A stretch of 32,000 nt of DNA. Origin: Raphidiopsis brookii D9 (GTDB lineage: Bacteria; Cyanobacteriota; Cyanobacteriia; Cyanobacteriales; Nostocaceae). The position numbers and the translations under genes were made by a program. How positions within the stretch are numbered: the stretch's first letter is position 1; each line of letters begins with the position of its first letter. The DNA lies in assembly GCA_000175855.1 (NCBI GenBank), contig ACYB01000042.1, positions 150,001 to 182,000 on the forward strand, in the 5' to 3' direction. The notes beneath the pieces are model-generated. The model did not search any database. It saw only the letters and a list, made by a program, of their open reading frames with translations, and had not been told where the DNA came from. Shown here piece by piece: positions 21,816-31,025 of this stretch.

Positions 21816-23810
21816 ATGAGTAAAAAACATTTATCTCCTGTATTTTTGGTAACGGTAGCTATAGCTGCCAGCTTGGAAAGTTCCTTGAGTGCTAGTGGAC
21901 AAGTTTCCAGTCAGTCTCAACAGGTATTAGGTGGAGCAAGTATTAAAGCAAGCCAGTTATCATCTAGTAACCTATATGTTAACGGTGAGACTTTTATTGG
22001 ACAAACAGCACCAGCAACTCCTAATGGCAATGGGAATGCAGTAGATAATAATCAACCTGATAGTCAGCCAGCTAATCCTAATCAACCTGATAGTCAGCCA
22101 GCTAATTCTAATCAACCTGATAGTCAGCCAGCTAATCCTAATCAACCTGATAGTCAACCAGCTAATCCTAACCAACCTGATAGTCAACCAGCTAATCCTA
22201 ACCAACCTGATAGTCAGCCAGCTAATCCTAATAATACAGAAGAACCAGCAGAACCTAGAGTACTGATTTCAGAAGTGGTGGTCAAGTCAGCGGTTGGACA
22301 ACTCCCATCGGAAATAGAAACCCAAGTTTACCAGGTTATTCGTACTAAAGCTGGACAGACTACAACCCGGTCACAATTACAAGAGGATATTAACGGAATA
22401 TTTGCCATTGGGTTTTTTACTAATGTACAAGCAGTTCCAGAAGATACGCCATCAGGTGTTAGAATAACTTTTATAGTTAGTCTTAATCCCGTACTTACCA
22501 AAGTAGAACTAAATGCCAATCCTGGTGCTGGAGTGGCTTCTGTTATAGCTGCTGATACCGTCGATAAAATCTTTAGTCAGCAATATGGTAAAGTAATTAA
22601 CCTACGTGATTTGCGAGCTGGGATCGCGCAATTAACCAAAGAGTATCAAGACAAAGGTTACGTACTGGCTAACTTAATAGCAGCTCCCAAAGTTTCTGAG
22701 ACAGGAGTGATCACCTTACAAGTAGCTGAGGGAATAGTAGAAAATGTCCAGGTTGCCTTTCGCAATAAGGAAGGCCAAGATGTGGACGACAAAGGTCGAC
22801 CCATTCGGGGAAGAACACAAGACTATATTATTAAGCGGGAAATGCAATTAAAACCTGGTCAAGTGTTCAACCGCAATATCGTCCAAAAAGACCTACAAAG
22901 GGTTTTCGGACTCGGTTTATTTGATGATATTAATGTGTCCCTCAACCCTGGAACAGACCCAAGTAAAGTTGTTGTTGTAGTAAATGTGACTGAGCGTAAT
23001 AGTGGTTCCATCGCCGTAGGGGGAGGTATTAGTTCTGCCAGTGGATTATTTGGCACCATTAGCTACCAAGAACAAAATCTATCAGGTAGAAACCAAAAGC
23101 TGGGATCAGAACTGCAAATTGGACAACGAGAACTCTTATTTGACTTGCGATTTAGCGATCCTTGGATTGACGGCGATCCCTATCGTACTTCCTATACAAC
23201 CAATGTTTTTCGCCGTCGTTCGATTTCTCTGGTGTTTGAAGGTAAGGACAGCAACATAAAAACCTTTAACCCTGATAATACTACTGATGTAAATAGTCAG
23301 GCAACCCCCCGCATTGCCCGCTTGGGCGGCGGAGTTTCTTTCGGTCGTCCCCTTTCCACCAATTTATATGAGAATTCAGAATGGTTTGCCTCCCTAGGTT
23401 TGCAATATCAAAGGATTTCCAGTCGTGATGCCAATGGTAATATTAGACCCCAAGGGGCAGTTTTTGATAACAGTGGCAATCGACTCAGCCCAACTATTCC
23501 TCTCACCCAGTCCCCCACCGGTGAAGATGATTTGTTCTTGTTACAATTCAGCGCCCAAAGCGATCGCCGGAACAATGCATTGCAACCAACTAATGGTTCT
23601 TACTTGCGTGTGGGACTAGATCAATCTGTACCCATAGGACAAGGTAGTATACTAATGTCTAGGGTGAGGGCCAACTACAGTTACTACGTACCCACAAAAC
23701 TGCTGGGATCTAAAAATCCAGAAACCCTTGCTTTTAACCTACAAGGGGGTACAATATTAGGTGATTTACCACCTTATGAAGCCTTTAGCCTGGGGGAAGT
23801 AATTCCGTGA
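21816..23810 (+). CDS. BamA/Omp85-family outer membrane protein, N-terminal and main part of a frameshifted gene
   Basis: 664 aa: signal-like N-terminus, Asn/Pro/Gln repeat region, POTRA-type repeats (VFNRNIVQKDLQRVFGLGLFDDINVSLNPG), then beta-barrel. Last residues YEAFSLGEVIP diverge from the expected LGGSNSVRGYDEG. Confidence 0.9.
   Translation: MSKKHLSPVFLVTVAIAASLESSLSASGQVSSQSQQVLGGASIKASQLSSSNLYVNGETFIGQTAPATPNGNGNAVDNNQPDSQPANPNQPDSQPANSNQPDSQPANPNQPDSQPANPNQPDSQPANPNQPDSQPANPNNTEEPAEPRVLISEVVVKSAVGQLPSEIETQVYQVIRTKAGQTTTRSQLQEDINGIFAIGFFTNVQAVPEDTPSGVRITFIVSLNPVLTKVELNANPGAGVASVIAADTVDKIFSQQYGKVINLRDLRAGIAQLTKEYQDKGYVLANLIAAPKVSETGVITLQVAEGIVENVQVAFRNKEGQDVDDKGRPIRGRTQDYIIKREMQLKPGQVFNRNIVQKDLQRVFGLGLFDDINVSLNPGTDPSKVVVVVNVTERNSGSIAVGGGISSASGLFGTISYQEQNLSGRNQKLGSELQIGQRELLFDLRFSDPWIDGDPYRTSYTTNVFRRRSISLVFEGKDSNIKTFNPDNTTDVNSQATPRIARLGGGVSFGRPLSTNLYENSEWFASLGLQYQRISSRDANGNIRPQGAVFDNSGNRLSPTIPLTQSPTGEDDLFLLQFSAQSDRRNNALQPTNGSYLRVGLDQSVPIGQGSILMSRVRANYSYYVPTKLLGSKNPETLAFNLQGGTILGDLPPYEAFSLGEVIP
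22051..22230 (+). repeat. six tandem 30-bp repeats encoding NQPDSQPANP-type decapeptides
   Basis: Unit ATCAACCTGATAGTCAGCCAGCTAATCCTA repeated six times with few substitutions, at 22051, 22081, 22111, 22141, 22171 and 22201. Confidence 0.95.
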
Positions 23811-24097
23811 GGGGTTACGATGAGGGTAAGTTGGCAGCGGGACGTACTTATGTCCAAGCGTCAGCAGAATATCGTTTTCCTATATTCTCAGTGGTTGGTG
23901 GGTCTCTATTTTTTGATTGTGGTAGTGATCTGGGCAGTGCTACCAGAGCAGCTGAAATCCTCAATAAGAATGGGAGCGGTTATGGTTATGGCTTGGGATT
24001 GCGTATTCAGTCACCACTGGGTCCTATTCGCATTGACTATGGTATAAGTGATAAAGGTGATAGCCGGATCAACTTTGGTATAGGGGAAAGGTTCTAA
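23807..24097 (+). CDS. BamA/Omp85-family outer membrane protein, C-terminal fragment of the same frameshifted gene
   Basis: RGYDEGKLAAGRTYVQASAEYRFPIFSVVGGSLFFDCGSDLG...LGLRIQSPLGPIRIDYGISDKGDSRINFGIGERF is the typical C-terminal strand region of Omp85 proteins. Confidence 0.88.
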   Translation: MRGYDEGKLAAGRTYVQASAEYRFPIFSVVGGSLFFDCGSDLGSATRAAEILNKNGSGYGYGLGLRIQSPLGPIRIDYGISDKGDSRINFGIGERF

Positions 24098-24139
24098 TAA
24101 GGAAGAGACGTAACTAGTTGCGTTAATATCAAAAAATCA

Positions 24140-25678
24140 ATGTCTTGTCTAAGTGTATCTATCGCCCGTTTAGTTAATAGTGGACCGAATAACTTTGCCG
24201 TTTGGGTAGTGAAAGCTCCCTATCCTAGCGGTTACGTTTTGCGTGACTGTATTTTTCCACCTCAACTTGCTGAAATTTGGGTAGAATGGCAGCAAATGTT
24301 TGGTGGTTTTGTAGACACCCATCACCTGGGGAAAGGATTGGTTGGGTCTGGGATGGGACAAACCACGGGTTCTTATAGTAATCGGTTAATGCAATCTTTA
24401 GGGATCAGTTTATGGCGTTGGCTATTTGATGGAGAAATTCTTAGCAGTCTAGAGCGCAGTCGTGGTCTAGCTATGGGAAGTAGTCAAAGATTGCGGTTGC
24501 AATTAGAAGTTCGTGAACCTGAATTGATTGGTTTGCCATGGGAAATTATGCAACCCGAAGCGGGTCATTCGGCAATCTCTCTCAACCAGGAGGTTTTGTT
24601 TAGTCGCACTATCAATCAGGTTGAACCAATAGCAAATTTATCAGCAGATTCCTCTTTAAACGTGTTGTTGGTTTTGGGGTACAATAGCAATCTAGAACTG
24701 GAAAAAGAGGCTACCATTCTGGAGAAAATCCTCCTAGAATCTAGTCCTCCTGGTGGGTATTACATATCAAACTGTTTGGTCAAAAAACTATTACAACCTA
24801 CACCAAAGCAGTTGATACAAGAACTGGAAACTAAGGCGTATAATGTGATTTTTTATGCAGGTCATGGTTTGCCCAATCCTGAGGGTGGGTTGTTGTATTT
24901 GACAGAGGAGCAGTCCATTAATGGTATAGAACTGGGTCAAGTGTTAGCTCATAGTGGAATTAAACTGGCAGTATTCAATGCCTGTTGGGGTGCACAACCA
25001 GCAGTGCATCACAAAGCAATACCCACTAGTAGTCTGGCAGAGGTTTTAATTTGTCATGGTGTGCCTGCAGTTTTAGCCATGCGTGACGAAATTGCCGATC
25101 AGGAAAGTCGTAGTTTTATTCAGGGGTTTACTCAGGCATTGCGCATGGGTGAAGCGATTGATGCAGCTGTAGCAGTGGCTAGACAAAAATTATTAGCTAT
25201 TTACAAGTTTAATCAGCCAGCATGGACTTTACCGGTTCTCTATCTACACCCAGATTTTTCAGGTCAGTTGATTAGAAGTGTTGATGAGGGAATTACAGAA
25301 TTGCCAGATCTAACTACTGGAATAAATGTTCCCCAGTTCAGTGCTGTTTTGCGCTCAGTTTCCCCCCAGGGTCAAAGTTGCTCCCTACGTTCCGATGTGA
25401 CTCGCATTGGTCGCACTAAGGATAATGACCTTGTGATTCCCCAAGTTTATGTTTCTAAGCACCATGCAGAAATACTTTGTAGAACCGTACTGGATGGTTC
25501 TCAACCAGTTGTTACTTACTATTTACAAGATTGCTCTACTTACGGAACAACTTGGTATTTAAATGATTATGGTTGGCAACGGGTTTTAAGGGAGGAGGTG
25601 GTGTTAACATCGGGAATGAAGTTAAAGTTTGGCAGTGCGAAGGGGGAAACATGGGAGTTTATGATTTTTGATGGTTAG
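24140..25678 (+). CDS. CHAT-domain (caspase-like) protein with C-terminal FHA domain
   Basis: 512 aa. Putative dyad His242 in VIFYAGHG and Cys282 in AVFNACWG. C-terminal FHA signature TRIGRTKDNDLVIPQVYVSKHHAEI. Confidence 0.87.
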   Translation: MSCLSVSIARLVNSGPNNFAVWVVKAPYPSGYVLRDCIFPPQLAEIWVEWQQMFGGFVDTHHLGKGLVGSGMGQTTGSYSNRLMQSLGISLWRWLFDGEILSSLERSRGLAMGSSQRLRLQLEVREPELIGLPWEIMQPEAGHSAISLNQEVLFSRTINQVEPIANLSADSSLNVLLVLGYNSNLELEKEATILEKILLESSPPGGYYISNCLVKKLLQPTPKQLIQELETKAYNVIFYAGHGLPNPEGGLLYLTEEQSINGIELGQVLAHSGIKLAVFNACWGAQPAVHHKAIPTSSLAEVLICHGVPAVLAMRDEIADQESRSFIQGFTQALRMGEAIDAAVAVARQKLLAIYKFNQPAWTLPVLYLHPDFSGQLIRSVDEGITELPDLTTGINVPQFSAVLRSVSPQGQSCSLRSDVTRIGRTKDNDLVIPQVYVSKHHAEILCRTVLDGSQPVVTYYLQDCSTYGTTWYLNDYGWQRVLREEVVLTSGMKLKFGSAKGETWEFMIFDG

Positions 25679-25774
25679 CACCGAGATTGTTTTTATTGTT
25701 TTTGCGGAAATTCCTAGCTGCTAACTGTAGCTCCTTAATAATACCAATTATGCGGATGAAGTTTGAGGCCCAAT

Positions 25775-26401
25775 ATGACTAATAATACAGGTGATTTAGA
25801 TAATCAGAAACCTTTCCTTCCCTCCGTGGATTGGGAATTGTTGACAGCAATATTAGAACCGGAAAATGAAACTTATCCTTGGAATCTCGCAAGTGATCAA
25901 GTAGATGCTTATTTTCAAAAACTAGCAGCACCACTGTACTCTGACCCACTATTTATGGAAAGTCTCGAGCAACAAGGGGAAAATTTCTATAATTCTCTTG
26001 ATCAGATCTGGTCTCAGGTTTATAACTCTAAAGCTGATCGTGATGAAAGACCACGCACTACCCTAAGTGATATTTTTGGTACGTTTGTTCCCTCCCACTA
26101 CCTTGATCAGATTATGGAAGCAGCAAAGAAAACCTTCCATAATATGGAACATTCTACCATTGAGAAGATTGTGGATTGTGTTCGATCCTTGTTACCTAAT
26201 TGGGATATGGAAGACCTATTAGTTTTGGCACGTCCTATTGCTTATTCCATGAGAAGTGGTCAGTCGGACTACAACTTACCAAATCGCAATTGGACTGAAT
26301 TATCAGAGGTAGAACGGGCAAAGATTTGTTTAGTAGTGGCTGACTATGCCTTAAAAGCAGTTTCTACGCAAGCAGCAGAAAATGGAGTTACAAGAAAATA
26401 A
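25775..26401 (+). CDS. conserved hypothetical protein located between the CHAT-FHA and FHA-PrsW genes
   Basis: Start placed at the ATG (MTNNTGDLDNQ) inside ORF 25763-26401. No recognisable domain; soluble, acidic, helix-rich appearance. Confidence 0.65.
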   Translation: MTNNTGDLDNQKPFLPSVDWELLTAILEPENETYPWNLASDQVDAYFQKLAAPLYSDPLFMESLEQQGENFYNSLDQIWSQVYNSKADRDERPRTTLSDIFGTFVPSHYLDQIMEAAKKTFHNMEHSTIEKIVDCVRSLLPNWDMEDLLVLARPIAYSMRSGQSDYNLPNRNWTELSEVERAKICLVVADYALKAVSTQAAENGVTRK

Positions 26402-26402
26402 C

Positions 26403-27761
26403 TTATTTAGGATCCAGAAACCGGGTGGCAAAATTATGCGATCGCGTAGGTGATAATACTCGAGCTTTGAGGATAGCAGCCATCAAGAAAGCATAGGACA
26501 AAACACCCACAATTACTAATAGTAGAGCATTAATGGAACCGGTAGCATTCCAGAGAGCATGGAGAGCGGAGGCGGTGAAATAACCAACACCCAGGATTTG
26601 CCAACTCATGCGGGGTTTGAGGGTAGCCAAACCGATGAAATAGCCCAAATAACCACTATAGGCCATGTGTCCAGCTACGGAACCCAAAATCCGGGGGATA
26701 AGTAACTGTAAACCAATCAGTTGACCAGTACCTAGTCCCGATTGCTGACTAATATTTTGGGTGATTATAGGAACATATTGACCAAGGGTCTCTAGGAGAG
26801 TAAATCCCACCGCTGATGCAGTCCCTAGAAGAATACCATCTAGTGGTTCCTCAACCCCTATTCTTTCCCTCCAGGGGGATGGTAGGGATTTGCCTAAAAA
26901 ATAGGCGCCTATTACGGGTAAGGTCTTGAGTAGTTCCTCCATTAACCCAGCTCCGAAAAACATTCTGATCAATAATTCTGTGAATGTGTCACTATCGGAG
27001 GGTGAGGTGCTACCAGGAAGAATTTCTCGAAAAACAAATATAAATAAATCTAATAATGGACTGACTAAAATCAACATGGTACTTAGGGCCATAGCCATAA
27101 GTATCCACCATGGTTTTTGTTTGCCACAAATTCGATAAACGAAATAATAAGCAGCTGAGCCAATATAAGAACCAACAATTACTTGATTAGCTTGGGGGTA
27201 ACCTATGGTAGCAAACATTAACACGACAAAAATAACTGTTAGTATTCCTGGTATAAGATATGCTTTGCGAGTTAAGTCCTTACCTGTGGAGATTATAGGA
27301 AATAACTGGGTGAAACTAACTCCATCATGCTTTGATAGTTGTTGAGTTGTTTTTCCTGGTACTATAACTGTAGGTGGGTTAACTGGGACATTTCTGGACA
27401 CAGGTATAGTTTCACATTCAAAAACAAATTGAGGACCATCATAACCCAAAGAAATGTGGTCGCCATTTTGTAGCTCTTGAGATCCCCGTAGTAGTTTTCC
27501 ATTGAGAAAAGTGCCATTAGCACTGTTCAAATCACAAATGGTCCAGGTGAACTTACTTTCTGGAGAGGGGGGACGAACAACCGCATGACGACGGGAGACC
27601 ATTCTATAGGTTATAGGGTCCAAGACAACCTCACAACTGGGGTCACGTCCCATAACCATTTCCTGATGGAAAAGCAGTGGGTAGCAGGATTCTGGACTGG
27701 AAACCGCTTCCCTAGACATCAGTCTCAAAAATACATTCTGTCTTGCGTTTTTGCCGATCAT
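26403..27761 (-). CDS. FHA domain fused to PrsW-family intramembrane metalloprotease
   Basis: N-terminal FHA: VMGRDPSCEVVLDPITYRMVSRRHAVV...DLNSANGTFLNG. C-terminal membrane region has PrsW-type motifs GLMEELLKTLP, GFTLLETLG, RILGSVAGHMAYSGY and ALHALWNATG. Confidence 0.87.
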   Translation of the reverse strand: MIGKNARQNVFLRLMSREAVSSPESCYPLLFHQEMVMGRDPSCEVVLDPITYRMVSRRHAVVRPPSPESKFTWTICDLNSANGTFLNGKLLRGSQELQNGDHISLGYDGPQFVFECETIPVSRNVPVNPPTVIVPGKTTQQLSKHDGVSFTQLFPIISTGKDLTRKAYLIPGILTVIFVVLMFATIGYPQANQVIVGSYIGSAAYYFVYRICGKQKPWWILMAMALSTMLILVSPLLDLFIFVFREILPGSTSPSDSDTFTELLIRMFFGAGLMEELLKTLPVIGAYFLGKSLPSPWRERIGVEEPLDGILLGTASAVGFTLLETLGQYVPIITQNISQQSGLGTGQLIGLQLLIPRILGSVAGHMAYSGYLGYFIGLATLKPRMSWQILGVGYFTASALHALWNATGSINALLLVIVGVLSYAFLMAAILKARVLSPTRSHNFATRFLDPK

Positions 27762-27792
27762 TTACTTAGGAATTGATGAGAAGGTTGTTCGC

Positions 27793-28278
27793 TTATTCAT
27801 TAGTTATCAGTGAACTTGTAGCTGGATCCAAATCAAATTCCGCCATTGCTCTGGGAAAATTTTTATTTTCATGACTGGGGAGACTTAACTTGACCAGTAC
27901 AAATCTTTGTAATGGAGTTAAATCTTGCCACTGCTCCAGGGCGATCATAGCACCTAGGGTCTCTAATTTTTCAATAAGTTGTTTAGGTAGGGTGGTAGAA
28001 TCTAACCAAGGGGGATGGGGATCTGTAGGAAGCAAAGAAGGATAGGTTCCTGTGTATTTAAAAACCAATTCCTTTAAATAGTTTTGGTAGTTTTGTATTT
28101 CACCTGGTGTAAAGCAGGGTAATGTAACTAGAGTATCACGTTCTGAGAGACTAATCTGATGCCAATGAGCCAATTTTAGTTTAACTCCACATGTATCCAG
28201 CTTGTAACGGACTATCATGGGTATACAACGAAGGGTAGACATAAAATCAGCTTCAAATTGAAAAAATTCGGTAGACAT
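27793..28278 (-). CDS. narM: nitrate reductase-associated protein (NarM-like)
   Basis: 161 aa: FFQFEADFMSTLRCIPMIVRYKLDTCGVKLKLAHWHQ. Located close to narB. Confidence 0.75.
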   Translation of the reverse strand: MSTEFFQFEADFMSTLRCIPMIVRYKLDTCGVKLKLAHWHQISLSERDTLVTLPCFTPGEIQNYQNYLKELVFKYTGTYPSLLPTDPHPPWLDSTTLPKQLIEKLETLGAMIALEQWQDLTPLQRFVLVKLSLPSHENKNFPRAMAEFDLDPATSSLITNE

Positions 28279-28321
28279 AACGGGAAATTTAGGATTGTTA
28301 TGAGCAGTTATTGTTGTTCAA

Positions 28322-28771
28322 CTAACTTTTACGACGACTTTGGATAATTAGATAGCTAATAGATAGAGATAGTATGGCAATTCCCAACCCAATAATATCA
28401 ATTCCTGTCACTTTTTCCAAGTCTAGGATAATGATTTTTCTGGCAACAGCAATTAAAGAAGTAACAATCACTAATTCTACTTGAAAAACATGCTTTTTCA
28501 GGTAGGCTGTAATGTTTTCTAAAATTTCTAAAGCAATGAGAATATTTAAAAACAAACCGAATATCTTAAATAAAATGGTGTTAAACTTGCCGTAGGGAGC
28601 ATCAAATAACTCTTTTAGGAGAAAAACTGTTAAGTCCGCAATAGCCACAAGAATTACGACCACCATTAAAATAGAAAGAATCTTAGAAACTATCACCACA
28701 ATATTTTCAATCAAGTGCATGAAATTATCATCACTGGTAAAAGTTTTCAGTTGCCTAAAAAACCTCTTCAT
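28322..28771 (-). CDS. phosphate-starvation-inducible PsiE-family membrane protein
   Basis: 149 aa with about four hydrophobic helices: IENIVVIVSKILSILMVVVILVAIADLTVFLLKELF, LNILIALEILENITAYLKKHVFQVELVIVTSLIAVARKIII. Confidence 0.8.
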   Translation of the reverse strand: MKRFFRQLKTFTSDDNFMHLIENIVVIVSKILSILMVVVILVAIADLTVFLLKELFDAPYGKFNTILFKIFGLFLNILIALEILENITAYLKKHVFQVELVIVTSLIAVARKIIILDLEKVTGIDIIGLGIAILSLSISYLIIQSRRKS

Positions 28772-28871
28772 TGGATTTACACCACCCCATCAAGTAAACA
28801 AATTATTACTGGCAAATTCTCCTGTAGGAGAACTCACCGAGTATCTTACCACTATGAGGATAGGACTTTCT

Positions 28872-29528
28872 CTAGGATTGAATAGGAATTATGGGAATTA
28901 ACTGTACAGCACAGGCTTTCAATTCTGGTTGAAAAGAGTCCGGACAAGACGCAGAATGGGTAAGAGCATTAGCTTCAGAATTTTCTGCCCATAGTTTACC
29001 CCAATGTATAGGGACAAAAACAGTACCAGGGGAGATAGTCAAAGTAATTTTAGCAGGAAATTCCGCTGCACCACGACGGGAACGAACCATAACTAACTGA
29101 TGATCAGCAAGCTGTAACTTGAGCGCATCACGGGGATGAATTTCCAAAAAGGGCTCAGGGTGCATTTGACAAATCTTATCAATTCTTCCTGTACGTGTTT
29201 GGGTATGCCAATGACCATATAATCTTCCTGAAGTGAGAATAAAGGGATATTCAGGGTCTGGAGGTTCAGCTAAGCCATGGGAAAAACATGCGGCAAACTG
29301 AGCTTTGCCATCATGAGTATAAAAATGTAAATCTGTATATAATCGTTTAACTTCCTGATAATTATCTTGAGAGAAAGGCCAATGAGTTGGGCCATTAGTA
29401 GTTAAAAACTCATGACTTAAACCCGACATATCGCAGGGACGATGAAGAGTTAATTGGACAAATTCCCGATAAACCTCACTAGAATCCTGAAAATTAAAAC
29501 TGATGTGAAAAACCCAACCTTCTACCAA
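28872..29528 (-). CDS. narB: ferredoxin-nitrate reductase, C-terminal part of a frameshifted gene
   Basis: [77 protein letters not shown]. Confidence 0.9.
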   Translation of the reverse strand: MVEGWVFHISFNFQDSSEVYREFVQLTLHRPCDMSGLSHEFLTTNGPTHWPFSQDNYQEVKRLYTDLHFYTHDGKAQFAACFSHGLAEPPDPEYPFILTSGRLYGHWHTQTRTGRIDKICQMHPEPFLEIHPRDALKLQLADHQLVMVRSRRGAAEFPAKITLTISPGTVFVPIHWGKLWAENSEANALTHSASCPDSFQPELKACAVQLIPIIPIQS

Positions 29529-31002
29529 CCTCAGCGAAGATTTCCCAATCAGATTTAGCCAATTGCGGAGGATTTTTAAAAGCAGAACATAGGGTGATGC
29601 GACGTTCCGAATTAGTCATCACCCCAGTTTTTTCACCCCATTGAGCAGCGGGTAATAGAAGATGAGCATAGTTAGCAGTTTCTGTGGGATAATAGGCATC
29701 CTGATAAATAGTAAAAGGGGATTGTAACAATGCTTTTTTAGTTCTTTCTAAATCTGGCATACTTACAGCTGGATTAGTTGCTGCTATCCATAATAGCTGC
29801 ACATTACCAGACTCCAAAGCCATAATCATTTCCCACACATTTAACCCAGGAATAGGTGAAATAGTACCTGGTGGTAAACCCCAAAATTCCTCCACTTCTA
29901 ACCGATGTTGTGGATTTTTAATTAATCTGTATCCGGGCAATAAATGTGCTAAACCACCCGCTTCCCTACCACCCATAGCATTAGGTTGACCCGTTAAAGA
30001 AAAAGGACCTGCACCTGGTTTTCCCACCTGTCCTGTGAGGAGATGTAAATCAATAATACTTCTTACCTTAGCAGTCCCTTCAGAAGATTGGTTCACACCC
30101 ATTGACCATAAAGAAAGAACAGATTGGGCTTGACCCCAATATTTAGCAGCGGTTTCTAAATCTGCCAAAGAAATACCACATCGACTGGTAACAAGATCCG
30201 GAGAATAATAATTAATGACCTGGATATAATCTGGGAAATTGCTAGTGTAATTATCCACAAAATTTACATCCCAAGAATTCCATTTCACCAATAGATGGGC
30301 AATACCATTCAACAAATCAATATCAGTACCTGGAACAATGGCTAAATGTAAATCAGCTGTTTTAGCGGTGGGAGTGGAACGGGGGTCAACCACCACCATT
30401 TTCACGTGAGGATTTTTCTTATGATATTTAGTTAATCGATTAAAAATAATGGGGTGACATTCTGCAGTATTGGTACCTATTAAAAAAACGCAGTCAGTTA
30501 ATTCCAAATCATCATAACAGCAAGGAGGACCATCAGCACCAAAACTTTGGAGATATCCAGATACTGCACTAGACATACAAAGACGGGAATTAGCATCGAA
30601 GTTATTAGTTCCTAAACAACCTTTCAGTAATTTTTGGGCAATATAATAATCTTCAGTTTGAAACTGTCCAGAGCCGTACATACAGATAGATTCTGGACCA
30701 TAACTAACTAAAGTTTGTTGAATATGATTTGTAATGATAGTGAAGGCTTCCTCCCAGGAAATCAGGCGAAAATCTTGTGTTAAAGATTCTCGAAACATGG
30801 GATATTGCAATCTATTTTTACATATTGCTTCCGCAACAGTTGCGCCTTTAACACATACCATTCCTTGACTAGAAGGATGAGATTTATCTCCACGAACACG
30901 CCAATTATCTGTAGTGAAACTTGGAGGTTGGGTAAGGGAAGAGACTTCCAGTCCACAACCCACACCACAATAGGGACAAAGTGTTTTGATAAATTCGGTC
31001 AT
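29494..31002 (-). CDS. narB: ferredoxin-nitrate reductase, N-terminal part of a frameshifted gene
   Basis: [12 protein letters not shown] 4Fe-4S motif, [68 protein letters not shown]. Confidence 0.92.
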   Translation of the reverse strand: MTEFIKTLCPYCGVGCGLEVSSLTQPPSFTTDNWRVRGDKSHPSSQGMVCVKGATVAEAICKNRLQYPMFRESLTQDFRLISWEEAFTIITNHIQQTLVSYGPESICMYGSGQFQTEDYYIAQKLLKGCLGTNNFDANSRLCMSSAVSGYLQSFGADGPPCCYDDLELTDCVFLIGTNTAECHPIIFNRLTKYHKKNPHVKMVVVDPRSTPTAKTADLHLAIVPGTDIDLLNGIAHLLVKWNSWDVNFVDNYTSNFPDYIQVINYYSPDLVTSRCGISLADLETAAKYWGQAQSVLSLWSMGVNQSSEGTAKVRSIIDLHLLTGQVGKPGAGPFSLTGQPNAMGGREAGGLAHLLPGYRLIKNPQHRLEVEEFWGLPPGTISPIPGLNVWEMIMALESGNVQLLWIAATNPAVSMPDLERTKKALLQSPFTIYQDAYYPTETANYAHLLLPAAQWGEKTGVMTNSERRITLCSAFKNPPQLAKSDWEIFAEVGRRLGFSHQF

Positions 31003-31025
31003 ATTGGTAGATAAAAGTCGATAAA

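Noticed and set aside
21972-22205. Minus-strand ORF with repeated RISWLTIRLV units
   Set aside because: Exact antisense shadow of the 30-bp tandem repeat in the Omp85 gene. No independent coding evidence.
22051-22230. Possible CRISPR array because of regular 30-bp periodicity
   Set aside because: Repeats are contiguous with no unique spacers, lie in frame in a coding sequence, and there are no cas genes nearby.
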